DNA of 64,000 nucleotides, taken from assembly GCA_964016885.1 (NCBI GenBank), contig OZ024742.1, forward strand, positions 81,406,001 to 81,470,000, read 5' to 3'. The position numbers and the translations under genes are program-made. Below are positions 1-11,578 of the stretch, piece after piece (the stretch's first letter is position 1; each line of letters opens with the position of its first letter). Source of the DNA: Eledone cirrhosa (taxonomy: Eukaryota). The notes beneath the pieces are model-generated. The model was not told where the DNA came from, did no database searches, and was given only the letters and a program-made list of their open reading frames with translations.

Positions 1-1850
1 TTCTTCTGCATGAAGGTGTAGACCCACAAAGTTTTCAGGACCTCAAAACTGTTGATAGAGAAATAGGTGATACGTACCGGGAAGCCTGCTTTAAGCGTGG
101 TCTTTTGGAAGATGATTCGCAATGGCATTCCACTTTAGCAGAGGGTGCTTTGTTGAAATAACCTAAAGGGCTACGGGAACTCTTTGCCATTTTGCTTCAA
201 AAGTGTGAATTGGGTGATCCCAAATCTTTATGGGTCAAGTACAGAGACTTCTTGATTGAGGACTTCCCGTGGAAGTTGGTTACAGCGATATTATCTACAA
301 CAGGGCACTCATTGATATCGAGGACGCCCCCCTCGACATGGGTGGGAGTGAGTTGGCGACGTATGGCTTGCCGTCAACCGTCAGAGAGAAAGCTAACATG
401 TTGGCCTCGGATTTGTTGCGGGAAACAGTATATGACATCGAATCTCTTTCCCAATGCTTAGAGGAAAATGAGCCCAAACCTCTGTCGGACCAAAGGTTGG
501 CCTGTTTAACTATATCATTGACGCGGTTCAAAATCAGACTGTGGGTATTTACTTTCTTGATGTTCTTGGGGGTACCGGAAAAACTTATGTAACGAAATTG
601 ATTCTCGCTAAGATTCGTCAGGAGAAAAAAATTGCGTTGGCCGTTGCATCGTCCGGGATCGCTGCTTCTTTGCTGCCGGGAGGCAGGACAGCACGTTCAA
701 CCTTTAATAAACTCCCCTTGGATTTAGTAAAAACTGAGACACCAACATGCGACATCAGCAAGAGTTCACACGAAGCTTTGGTTCTCAAAAAATGTTGCCT
801 CATTGTTTGGGATGAGTGCACAGTGGCACACAAGTGTGCCCTTGAGGCATTGGACAGAACCCTGGAAGACATTAGGGATTCTACAGCTCCTATGGGTGGC
901 GTAACCGTTCTGCTATCGGAATTTTCGGCAAATGCTGCCTGTCATCCCCAAAGGGACAAGAGCTGATGAAGTGCGTGCCTGCCTTAAATCGTCCCTGTTG
1001 TGGCTCCAGGTGAAGAGTTTGTACCTGAGCACAAATATGCGTGCTCATTTGCATGGTGACAACATCTGCAGCATTTGCTCAGAATATTTTAACACTTGGT
1101 GAGGGCAAGGTCCCTGCTGATGACAGGGGCGGCATGGCAATCGACTCCCTGTGCAACATTGTGAACAGCCCTTCTGACCTGTGGGAAGCAGTTTTTCCTA
1201 ATGTCTCATCTAACTTTAAAAACCTCGATTTACTCAGCGAAAGAGCCATCATCGCTTCGAAAAATACCATGGTTAATTTTATTAACGAGCAGCTGATTGA
1301 GAAGATTCCCAGTAAAGAACACATCTTCAAATCTATCGAGCGGACATCAGACCCCGAGGATATCGTTAATTATCCGTTTGAATTATTAAATTCCCTTGAG
1401 ACCCCAGGGCTTCCACCTCACATTCTTAAGCTTAGGGTTGGCTGTCCCATTATGCTAATAAGGAACTTGTGTCAACCAAAGCAGTGCAACGCTACTCGCA
1501 TGGTCGTCAAGTCACTGACGCCCCACTTGATTGAGGCCACCATTGTAACGGAGTGCGGGAGAGAGGAAAATGTTTTCATTCCAAGGATGAACCTTTTCCG
1601 CTCAACTCAGATATCCCGTTCGATTTCCGGCGATCCCAATTCCCGGTGAGATCATGTTTTGCCATGTCCATTAACAAGTCACAAGGGCAAACATTGTCGG
1701 TGGCGCGCATCCATTTGGTGGAGCCATGCTTCTCCCATGGCCAACTTTATGTTGCCTGTTCCCGCGTAGGGAGCAGAAATGGACTGTTTGCTTACACTTC
1801 TGAAGGGATGACACGCAATATCGTCTACAAAGAGGTGCTAGAGATGTTGG
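1..1850 (+). pseudogene. Helitron Rep/Hel helicase region, disrupted by stops and frameshifts
   Basis: Helicase motifs are split over at least 4 frames, with an in-frame TAA near 158 and frameshifts near 540, 920, 1040 and 1600. Confidence 0.9.
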
Positions 1851-2158
1851 TGCAGATGTTGGAGGTGTTGGAGCTCTGCCGTCTGGAAAACTGGTAGGAT
1901 CACCCATAGCGGACAGATCTGACACCCAGCGGCATCTGGATAACCATCTTGCAACTTTGGTCTACTAAATTCGCTATTGGAAGATTATTTACCCATCATT
2001 GATTGTCCAAAATGCCAATTGGTTCGTAACTATTAATAACCGGTTCAACTGCTTTACGCACTTAATTGATAAGCTTATTGCTTTCAAGCTACGTTTACCT
2101 GCATGTAACTTGTCATAGCAAATGAACAAACCCGAGCAACGCCGGGCTAAACTGCTAG
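1..2158 (+). mobile_element. Helitron, decayed autonomous copy (3' part: PIF1-like helicase and 3' terminus)
   Basis: Frameshifted ORFs 541-966, 1041-1649 and 1553-1897 carry PIF1/SF1B motifs GGTGKT, VASSGIAA, IVWDEC, FAMSINKSQGQTL and CFSHGQLYVACSRV. There is a subterminal hairpin CCCGAGCAACGCCGGG (2131-2146) and a terminal CTAG (2155-2158) followed by T, the canonical Helitron 3' end. Confidence 0.95.
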
Positions 2159-3189
2159 TAATCTATACATTACGGTTTATATTCACATGTATGCCGTAGC
2201 CTTAAATTTAAAAAAAGAATCTGACATTTTTATAAGAATTCATATGTAATATTTACCTATCTCATTTATTTCTTACGCGTAAAATCGTGTATCAAACAAA
2301 CATTCGCAAATAAATATGCATTCTAGATTATACATATGTTTTAGGACAAATATCTGTCGCTTTAAACACTGAATCTATTTAGTGAATAACCCATAGCACA
2401 CAGTTATTGAGCTATAAATACAGAACAGTTATATTTTGAATTATTTGAATCAACATGTTATTTTTCCTCGACTGACAAAGTGTAAAAGAATAGAAAACCA
2501 TCCAAATAATCAATCCTAACCAGCAAATGCCGAATATTCTGATAGGAGCTTTGTTAAATCACAAGCTATATTTTTGAAATCAGACTATCAGAAATGTATG
2601 TGTATATGCCGGGAACATTTCATAGATCCACTCCGTTAGATTGGCGTTCAGAGAATGTTCTTGTTATTCTTCAAATATAGAAGCATGTGATCCTTAATAG
2701 TTACGTTTTACTTATTTCTTTCTTTAAAGCTGATCTATCATATTTAAAAAAAATGATTCTAGAAATATATACTAAGTATTTTCAAATCATGATATAACTT
2801 ATTTTGTTAGGTTACTTAAAATTATCTCAATATTTTAAATAGTTAATTTAACATTCAATGTATACTAAATTATTAACTAGCAATACTTCGTAAGGTATAA
2901 ATGTGATGCCATTTTAAAAGAATACCGTGTAAAATTAAATAAAATGAGTGTGTCATTCGTTTACATGTCCTTGAATTACAACGAAATTACATTAAATTTT
3001 ACAACGTTCGACGTTAATATTCAAGTCGATATGAGTATACGAAACGCGACACTATTTTATACATAATATTATAATATTCATCCGAGCATCCATGATGTTT
3101 ATAATATAAAAGATATGTATGAAAAAGAATTGCTGTAAAAATGATTAATTCTTGACATTATTAAAATGCAAGAACACATCAAAAACTGT

Positions 3190-3244
3190 AAATAATTATA
3201 AATAAACGATTTATGTAACATATTCATTTTTGTTAATGATATTC

Positions 3245-3303
<59 letters not shown>

Positions 3304-3309
3304 TATATA

Positions 3310-3384
<75 letters not shown>

Positions 3385-3487
3385 TCATATATATATATAT
3401 GTGTATATATATACATATATACATATATATACGAATATCATTAACAAAAATGAATATGTTACATAAATCGTTTATTTATAATTATTT
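3190..3487. repeat. Palindrome with 56-bp perfect inverted arms around a ~185-bp (TA)n tract
   Basis: AAATAATTATAAATAAACG...GATATTCG (3190-3245) is the exact reverse complement of 3432-3487. Confidence 0.95.
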
Positions 3488-3713
3488 CAACAGTCCTCTT
3501 ATACAATCCATGATGGTAACTTATGCATTTATTGTTCTTATGGGTTGTTACCGTTAAAGCAAGTATACTGTGTAGACGATTTGTCTAACATCAGCATTTT
3601 TCTTAATGTCTTTCTTATACTGAATCTCCACACACTACGAATGTAGAGAGCCTTCTCCTGCTTACTGCTGTTTTTACCAAACCAACCTCTACTGAATGAA
3701 CATTATATATATG

Positions 3714-3803
3714 TTAACTTTGCCTTTCATTCTTACGGGGTCGATAAAATGATGTACCATTAATACACTGGTTAATTGCTGGACTTGTGCCAAAAGTAGA
3801 AAC

Positions 3804-3810
<7 letters not shown>
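3714..3810 (+). mobile_element. tRNA-derived SINE, 3' fragment
   Basis: AACTTTGCCTTTCATTCTTACGGGGTCGATAAAAT...GTGCCAAAAGTAGAAACAATTA matches the fuller copies at 5737 and 30777. Confidence 0.85.
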
Positions 3811-3840
<30 letters not shown>

Positions 3841-3899
3841 TGTATATATATATATATACATGTAGGAGGTGAGTTTCATTGTAGCACACCATGTCTCCC

Positions 3900-3970
3900 T
3901 ATTTTATCTGATGAGACCGCAAATATCGTCCCTGGATGATATTTGTTTTTGAAATGCGCATAATAAAATA
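3900..3970 (+). ncRNA. Type I hammerhead ribozyme motif
   Basis: TATTTTAT-CTGATGA-[G ACC GCAAATATC...GATATTTG TTTTT]-GAAA-TGCGCA-TA-ATAAAATA. Stem I is a perfect 8 bp, the core is intact, stem III is palindromic and the cleavage triplet is AUA. The base of stem II has two mismatches. Confidence 0.8.
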
Positions 3971-4015
3971 CATGAAACGTTTTTAACCATCTTTTAATTT
4001 CTTCTTATATATATA

Positions 4016-5184
4016 CTAGCATTAAAGCCCGCCGTTGCTCGGGGTCAGTAAGTTACCAAAGTAAGGTTGCTCCAACAATTTTATTGCAGCACTATTTTGT
4101 TTGCCAGGGACTGGGTGAATGAATTGCAGACCTGGACTGCCGAAGCGGGAGCTGCACCAGCAGTAACAATTGTAGTTTCGCCTATGGATATTATCTCTGT
4201 GCAAAGAAGTGTTGACATTTATTGTTTCACAGTACTTGCGCAACACGCGCGTAGACGATGCCAGCCGTACAACAGAGCTGCGATGGAGTTGTTCTGAATG
4301 GTTGTCTAATGTGTGTTTTCTAAATTTAAGACAGCAGGGAGGGATGTGATATGGGGGAGAGTTAGCTGCTGATTCTAGCAGGTTTAGTGACCTCATAAAG
4401 GATATGGGTTTTCTGAATTTAAGACAGTAGGGAGTGGTGTGATATGGGGGTGAGTTAGCTGCTGTTTCTAGCAGGTTTAGTGACTTCATAGAGGATATGT
4501 TTTCTAAATTTAAGACAGTAGGGAGTGGTGTGATATGGGGGAGAGTTAGCTGCTGTTTCTAGCAGGTTTAGTGACCTCATAGAGGATATGTTTTCTAAAT
4601 TTAAGACAGTAGGGAGGGGGTGGTATGGGGGGTGAGTTAGTTGCTGTTTGTAGCAGGTTTAGTGACCTCATAGAGTATATTATTGTGTATAGAAATAAAC
4701 TGATACTTCTTTCTTCCACGTTCGTTGAGAGGTTTTAAAAAAGATTTATCGCTATTTTTTTTGTTGTTGAATACATTTATCTGTTGCTTTTGAATAATTG
4801 TTGTTTCGTATGAAATGTAGTAAGTTCTCTTTTTCATTGAAGTAAATAAATGTTTGACCGTTCCACACTCAATAACAAACGTTCTCTCTCTCTCTTCGGC
4901 GTAAAGGAAGTTTGTAAGCATGTATGTAGTTTTATCTAATTTTAAGAGAGTAATGAGAGGTATTCTGATTGTATTAGAGGGGTAAAGTGTCATGTATTTA
5001 GTTTTATTGATTCTTTCCGTAATTATGGGTGAGTTTGAATGAAATAAATAGTCCTTCACCTAAGATCGATTATTTACAACATTCTTACAGACGTTGAGTC
5101 GAATCGGTTTGAAAATGTGCAAATGTATAAACATGGAACATGCACACACTCTCACACACACAACACCAATCTGTCTTTTATAGA
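4016..5184 (-). mobile_element. Non-autonomous Helitron, both ends present
   Basis: The minus strand reads A|TCTATAAAAG... at 5184 and ...CCCGAGCAACGGCGGG-CTTTAATG-CTAG|T at 4016. The hairpin is almost identical to that of the Helitron ending at 2158. Confidence 0.85.
4314..4675. repeat. Minisatellite of 4 x ~91-93 bp inside the non-autonomous Helitron
   Basis: The unit T(A/G)AATTTAAGACAG...GGTTTAGTGACCTCATAGAGGATATG recurs at 4321, 4414, 4505 and 4596. Confidence 0.95.
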
Positions 5185-5185
5185 T

Positions 5186-5315
5186 AATTGTTTCTACTTT
5201 AGGCACAAGACCAGCAATTACCCAGTGCATTACTGGTACTTTATTTTATCGACCCCGTAAGGATGAAAGGCAAAGTCAACCTCGGCGGGATTTGACCTCA
5301 GATCGTAAAGGAAAT
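5186..5315 (-). mobile_element. tRNA-derived SINE, 5'-truncated
   Basis: Reverse complement of the SINE core (TTTATCGACCCCGTAAGGATGAAAGGCAAAGTCAACCTCGGCGGGATTTGA). Confidence 0.9.
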
Positions 5316-5736
5316 GATACATATATATATGAGTCGTGGATTCAATCGTTGGTAAACATAGTAAGTAGTATATATACAGCATTTAATATAGAAATGACTT
5401 CTACAGGACTAGAACTGTTTCATTCGAATTAAATCATCAGGAGAGCCAACTGCCATTGTGGTATTGTGGTATTCATACGTTTTCTTGTGTTTGCAGATGG
5501 TGATTAGGATGAATTGAAGTCATTGGCCAAGGGATGTCAAAGAACAGGGATTCTTTGAAAAAACTATATAATAAAAATATACATAAATGCTGCGTTTCAC
5601 ACATTTGTTTCTTTTTTTTGTAAGAAAATGATGATTGATTTTAAATAAGTGATATAATTTATGGAGAAAAACTCTGCATTTCAATATTACTCAATGTAAA
5701 ATGTAATGAATGCAACATTGGAAAACATTATTTTCT

Positions 5737-5925
5737 GGTGAATTGGCAGTATCGATAGAGGGTCGGACGCCTTGCTTTGACGCATAGAGTTACGGCCCTT
5801 GCCATTCTGAGTTCAAATCCCGCCGAGGATAACTTTGCCTTTCATCCTTACGGGGTCGATAAAATAAAGTACCAGTAATGCACTGGGATAATTGCTGGCC
5901 TTGTGCCAATAGTAGAAACAATTAT
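5737..5925 (+). mobile_element. tRNA-derived SINE, near full length
   Basis: Pol III A-box-like TGGCAGTATCGA, B-box GAGTTCAAATCC, conserved core TTTGCCTTTCATCCTTACGGGGTCGATAAAATAAAGTACC and an ATT tail. About 8 copies occur in the window. Confidence 0.9.
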
Positions 5926-5999
5926 TTTTTGTAATATATTAAATCAAAATTATATTATTATATCTTATTCTTATTTTGTTTCTTGTAAATAATTTTTTT

Positions 6000-6730
6000 G
6001 AATATATCACTTCAAACCTTGATCATTTCATTTTGTGAAAACTATTATTTTCAATTTAGTAATTCAATGTTCGATTATTAATTTTTTAACATAATAAATA
6101 CATGAAAATATATTTCATACTTTGTCCTAATGAAGAACATCAGGGAAAACAACATTTCTTGTCTTCCTTTGATTGGCTTAAATGTAGCGATTCTTTGAAT
6201 TTCCAGTTCTTGAAACAGCCACATAAAAGATGGCATGACTGAAACATGGGTTTGACTTTGATTCTTATTGATGCTCATGGCAAAGCATGGTCTCATTGTG
6301 AACTGCAGTCTCTTAAAAGTAAAAGGCAACTCGCTATCACTTGGTATAATTGGAATCCTCGGAAAGAAAAGAGCTTTACCTTTGTAAGCCCCGAGTATAA
6401 TGGTTGCTTCAATCAAGTTCTCATGCAATCTTGTTCCATTTATTGGCCAACATTTTCACTATTGGGGTTTAACCCTCATTAGGGTGTCTTAATATTATTG
6501 AAATGTGTTGACATTTTGGGAATAGGCATCATATCTCGTCATTTAATTATGGTTTAAATTTCGTATACATCGAAGGGAAATACTTTTCAGCGGGGATTGT
6601 GACCCCGGGAAAATAATTAAAATGAAATATACTTATCCAATGTAGTTATGGAGGTATATCTCCAAAACCATAGGAGGAGATCGTGGACAAACAACCAACT
6701 GAACAAACAAACAGACAGGAAGTACAAGTT

Positions 6731-6740
<10 letters not shown>
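6000..6740 (-). mobile_element. Internally deleted Helitron (helicase C-terminal remnant plus putative 5' end)
   Basis: ORF 6078-6428 contains NLIEATII...PRIPIIPSDSELPFTFKRLQF..RPCFAMSINK.QSQT, homologous to the helicase at 1500-1700. Boundaries are approximate and no intact 3' CTAG was seen. Confidence 0.8.
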
Positions 6741-6766
<26 letters not shown>

Positions 6767-7211
6767 TATAATCACTTTAGACACACGCACACACACACAT
6801 ATATATATATATGTGTGTGTGTGTATATGTGTGTGTGTGTAAAGTGATTCAGGGCCCCGACGGCTAAGATCCGACAGCTATCAAAACGGCCGGAGCTCAG
6901 CCGTCGGGGTCCGTAATATCTTCAGAAAACCCATTCTACTACCCCAAGTATCGAGTACTCTGATGGGGTACGGTCCACCTGGTATTTTACCCCATTTGCT
7001 TACACAGAGAGATGGGGAGGGCGAGAGAGATGGAGGCGATCACAGTGGGAGTTAGGATCCTCTCTGTTCGGACCTGGTTGTAGGTAAGGAGGTATGTATT
7101 CATCTAGTGCTTAGTATGGTATCATGCTATCTACGTTTGTTGACAAGTTGACTTGTTGACTAACTACTAACAACAACTACTACAACTAATACTACTACTA
7201 CTACCAGTATG

Positions 7212-7252
<41 letters not shown>

Positions 7253-7549
7253 GTTCACCGCACAACGTCCTTATACACACAAATATATATAACAATGTTA
7301 GGGTTGTTTTCAGTAGCAACAATAACTGAAGATGCCTTAAGTTAGTTTGGAATAGCAGTCGGCCCCAGGTACTCGGTAGTTCTAGTGGATGGTGTGGTAA
7401 TATAATCATAATGAAAGAATGCCTTAAACTTATTATAGTCTAAAATGTGGTATCCCTCACTTGCTTTTTCTCTCCCACTATATCTAATTATAATGAAAGA
7501 CAGAGAAAGCCAGGGTGTGTGTCTGTGTGTGTGTGATAGAGAGAGAACG

Positions 7550-7659
<110 letters not shown>

Positions 7660-7704
7660 TGAGAGAAAGAGATAGATAGATAGACAGATAGACAGATAGA
7701 TAGA

Positions 7705-7970
7705 TATATTTCTTTATTTGCCACAAGGGCGCACAAGAAAAGGGGACAAAATAAGGACACATGCCGGGAAGTTTACATATAATCGTGTAAAAAATGAAAC
7801 AATCAATTATGACAAGTGAAATCCCCAATAGGGGGAGGCGCCACAAATGCATTGTTTAATACCCCGTAGATAGAACAACCCTCAACTTCAGCAGCGTGTT
7901 GTGCAAGTGCTTCCTTCTTCCCTTTGGTCTATTCTTTAACCTACAGGCTTATAAACAGAGAAGGCCCAAT
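7705..7970 (-). mobile_element. Tx1-type LINE, 3' UTR fragment in (GATA)n
   Basis: Diverged duplicate of 8062-8330. It ends GCCCTTGTGGCAAATAAAGAAAT followed by (TATC)n on the minus strand. Confidence 0.85.
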
Positions 7971-7998
7971 AAATAAATAGATATATATATATATATAT

Positions 7999-8039
<41 letters not shown>

Positions 8040-8061
8040 GAGAGATTAAGATAGATAGATA

Positions 8062-10768
8062 TATTTCTTTATTTACCACATGGGCGCACAAGAAAAGGGG
8101 AAATACAAAGACATGCCGGAGATTTTACATACAGTCGTGTAAAAAATATAAAATCAAACAATTACAACAATCGAAATCCCCAATAGGTTGGAAGCAGCAC
8201 AAATGGGTTGTTTAATACCCCGTCGATAGAACAACCCTCAACTCCAGGAGCGTGTTGTGCAAGTGCTCGTTTCTTCCTTTTGCACTCTTCTTCAACCTAC
8301 AAGCTTATAAACAGAGAAGGCCCAATCACTCGGGCCATTTTCGCTTCATTCACCAACCTTTCAATAAATTTACTGGGAAGCAGTGCCTCTCTCTCCACTC
8401 TGATTCTCCTTCTAAAGTGATACTTAGAGAAGGGAATCAATTGTTGTCCGGAGACAAAGGCATCTGTCCTCAGTCCTCTCAATCTCGTCCACCATATAAC
8501 TTCTTTCACCATAGCCACCGTACAGAGGAAAACCGCATCTCTTTCGTTTTTGAAAGAGGCTGGCGATTTGATCCTTACTATGGACTCGGTAGTCAACTGT
8601 ATTTGCCCCATACGCGACAGCAGTTGTTCTGCATAGTTCCACAGGTCGGTTACGCCCGGGCAGTGTACAATTGGGTGTAGGACTGTTTCAATGTCCTGCG
8701 CGCATCTTGGAAGTCCTCTTGGACCGATCCCTGCCGGGGCGTCCGTGCCTGTAGATCTTGTCACGAACCGGTAGAGCTCCTCGGTAGCACTGCCAGGCCA
8801 GGGACCTCTGGAAGTTGTCCATAGGTCCCGGGCGGAAAGTCCTACCAAACAGACTGGTGAGCTCATCTTCTTCGAGGCCCTGAGTCTCTCCGAGCACGTC
8901 GAAGCCCATGCAACGTACAATCCCGCTATAGAATGTCCTAGTGGAGTCTCCACTGATTATGTTTTTGTTGTTGTTTTAGTTTGTTGTCCGTCCAGGAGTT
9001 TTCTTTTTATCGTGGGTGCTTCTGTTTGGGGTGGGGTTGGTGTTAGTTTGGCTGGTAGGGGGATGATTGACTGTGGTGTTGTTTGTGTTGTTGTTTGTGT
9101 CTGTGGCTGTGTGTTGGTGTTGGTGATTGGATATTTGGGGGTTTTGTGGTGTCTCTTTTTTCGTTTTTTAGATTTCCGTGGCTCTCCCTCTTCCTCACTT
9201 AAAGAAGGACAAGCAGCTTCATGCGTCGATGAGTAAGCATCGTCAGGAGTGTGGGGGTAGGGGTATGTTGTGTGGTGCGTGGTGGTGTTTTGGTGTGTGT
9301 TTTTGTGGTAGTGTTTGATGGAGTGCGATGGGGTGGGGCTGTGTTCTTCAGGGGTGTTGTCTCTTTTTTTCTGTTGTTTTTGGTTGAGTGGCTGTTTGTT
9401 TTGGTGTGGTTGCTGGTTTCGTCTGTCGTTGTACTTGTGGTGGTGGTGGTTGTTTTGGTGTTGGTGTTGCTAATAATGTTTTTTTAATGATGTTGGTGTG
9501 GTCTGTTTGTGAAGGACAATAGGCTTTTAGGTGTGCTGTGCTACCACAGCGAAAGCAATGAAATGTTCGTCCTTCAACCGAAATGTGTATATTGTTGTTA
9601 TCATCGATGACGACTCTCTCGGGTATTTTGGAGATTCTCTCCGGCCTCATTTGCAACATAATCTCGAAATCAGTACCTGCCCAGCTTTGTCGAATAGACT
9701 GTCGTATCGAAAGAATCATATCAGTTTCTGGCTCTACGAAGCCAGCTAAGGTCCACCAGATGTTAATGTTTGGTGTTATATATATATATATATTTTTTTT
9801 GTGTCCTTTTTCAGATGTATGTAGGGAAAAAGGTGAATGCTTTTGACACTGTTGTTGTCACAGAATGTTTTGGGGCGAGCGCCTCGCTTTTAAACAGTAC
9901 GGAAACACTTCCGTACTGTTTTCCTCGTTGGAGAAATTCGATATTTGCTAGAATTTCTTTCAATGTATTTTCTATACCTCCTTGACTAACAAATATATGC
10001 TTTCTTGTGGTATTGGACACAGTCCTAAAGATCACTGATCTTCGAACTGTGTCTTCTTTTATTTCAAGGGGTGAGTTAATTCTAAACCTACCCTTTTCTT
10101 AGAAGTTACTCCCTTGCTGGAGCATATCTCTTGCATTGGAAATGTCAAGATTTTTAAATCTTGTTTTTTTTCATTGTTTCAGCGAAAGACATTTTTTTTT
10201 TGTTTGGTGTTGCTGTTGTTGTTGTTGTTGTTATCGTTGTTAGCCTCGGTGTTGGAAATCTCAGTTCCTTGACGAGGTGAAACTTTTTATGTAGATGTAG
10301 ATGTGGACTTGTTGATGATGTTTTTTTCACGTGTATGTATTTTAATGGGTTTAATTCCTACGTTTTCATTATTTTGTCTGCTTCGACGGTAGAAATTGTA
10401 CAATCTTCAAGTGGCAATATATTTTTCCCTTTGTTGACAGTCGTATCTATGGCGACGTCCATAGTAGCAGAAGTAGATATAACGTTAAAATCTGCCTCTT
10501 TCTCTCTCTCTTTTCTCTATTGACGTTCTCCAGCGTCACCTTCGTGTTATTCATGTTTTATAGTTGGCAAAATTTGATATTTTAAAACAAGTTTTAAATT
10601 AAATATTCGCCCCTAAAGGGGCGAAAAATGGGATTAACGCCAGCTGACAATTTAGCTTGGGGGTTAATCTACAAAATAATATGTTTTTTCAAACAATTTA
10701 TTCTGTTTTTGGTATATAAATTTACAAAAAATCTTACCGGCGATGTTCCACGCGTCAGGCAGAACGAG
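8062..10768 (-). mobile_element. Tx1/L1-clade LINE derivative: 5' UTR + ORF1 joined directly to the ORF2 C-terminus and 3' UTR (EN/RT missing)
   Basis: ORF1 pieces include an RRM-like segment (IEFLQRGKQYGSVSVLFKS) and the zinc knuckle CFRCGSTAHLKAYC. 8297-8953 matches the C-termini of the other Tx1 copies (PRCAQDIETVLH, LWNYAEQLLSR, KEVIWWTRL). Both flanks are (GATA)n-type repeats. Confidence 0.85.
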
Positions 10769-11059
10769 AGATAGATAGGTAGATAGACACATAGGTAGAT
10801 AAGTAGATGGATGTAATGGAATTTTTGCTATTTACATTTGAATATGTGTGAGATCAGATTTTATCACCTGGTACAGAGAAAGTCTGCCGAGTATTTGTGA
10901 TTGCAAATAGATCTGGAATATTTTATTAGGCGAATTCTAATTTCAGTGTCTGCCAGTTTTTAATTACTTCACACTATCATTATATTTCTAGATTAAATCA
11001 CAGAAATAATTGAATTCTATCTCTACGTTTTAGTTTTGATTTCCACATATATATTTTCG

Positions 11060-11578
11060 GAGTGAGTTAGTCGGCCGGGCGCACCGAAAACGATAAATGG
11101 AAAAGCATGAAACGAAAAGTCATTTCTCACTCTTAGTACGGCTGATACTTAAGTGTAAGTATGTATGTACACGTACATACATATATGTATACAGACGTAC
11201 AGTAGTATGTATATATATACATACATGCACACATATATATGCACTCGATATGCCAATTAGCCTGCTCAGCCGTTAATATGCATAAGGAAAGTATATACTT
11301 TCAGACGCCAACCATCTGACAGATAGGTATACTGACGATAGCTAATAAGCTTGGAACTAGTACATCGTTCCTGTGTCCGTGTTGAACAAAAAGGCGACGA
11401 TGGTTGCCTGAAAACTGTACGGCGTAATTCGGGCTGTTTGTTTACAAACTAACCGGCATTATTATAAATGTTCGGCAAACCCATACGTACATATATATAT
11501 GTGTGCATTTATGTATATATATACATACTAATGTACGTCTGTATACATATATGCATGTATTGTACATACATACTTACA
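11060..11578 (+). mobile_element. Dispersed, 5'-inverted copy of the hammerhead-bearing ~420-bp repeat (retrozyme-like)
   Basis: 11060-11240 matches the array at 26930-28140 in the same orientation, and 11242-11578 matches it inverted. A degenerate hammerhead CTGACGA-TAGC-TAATAA-GCTT-GGAA-CTAG-TA-CATCGT lies at 11332-11368. Confidence 0.85.

Noticed and set aside
541-1897. Host PIF1 helicase gene
   Set aside because: It is intronless, frameshifted and followed by a Helitron hairpin and CTAG terminus.
3099-3557. ORFs of poly-IY, poly-I/L/N and poly-M/D (also at 7445, 12413, 16714, 30941, 39389, 44012, 57770)
   Set aside because: They are translations of (TA)n, (TAA)n and (GAT)n microsatellites, not genes.
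5400-5450. CTGATGA...GAAAC on the minus strand (partial homolog at 17630)
   Set aside because: The core boxes are present but I could not pair a stem I, so it is not counted as a ribozyme. It may be a decayed PLE end.
5737-5830. tRNA gene
   Set aside because: A and B boxes are present but there is no cloverleaf; it is a SINE head.
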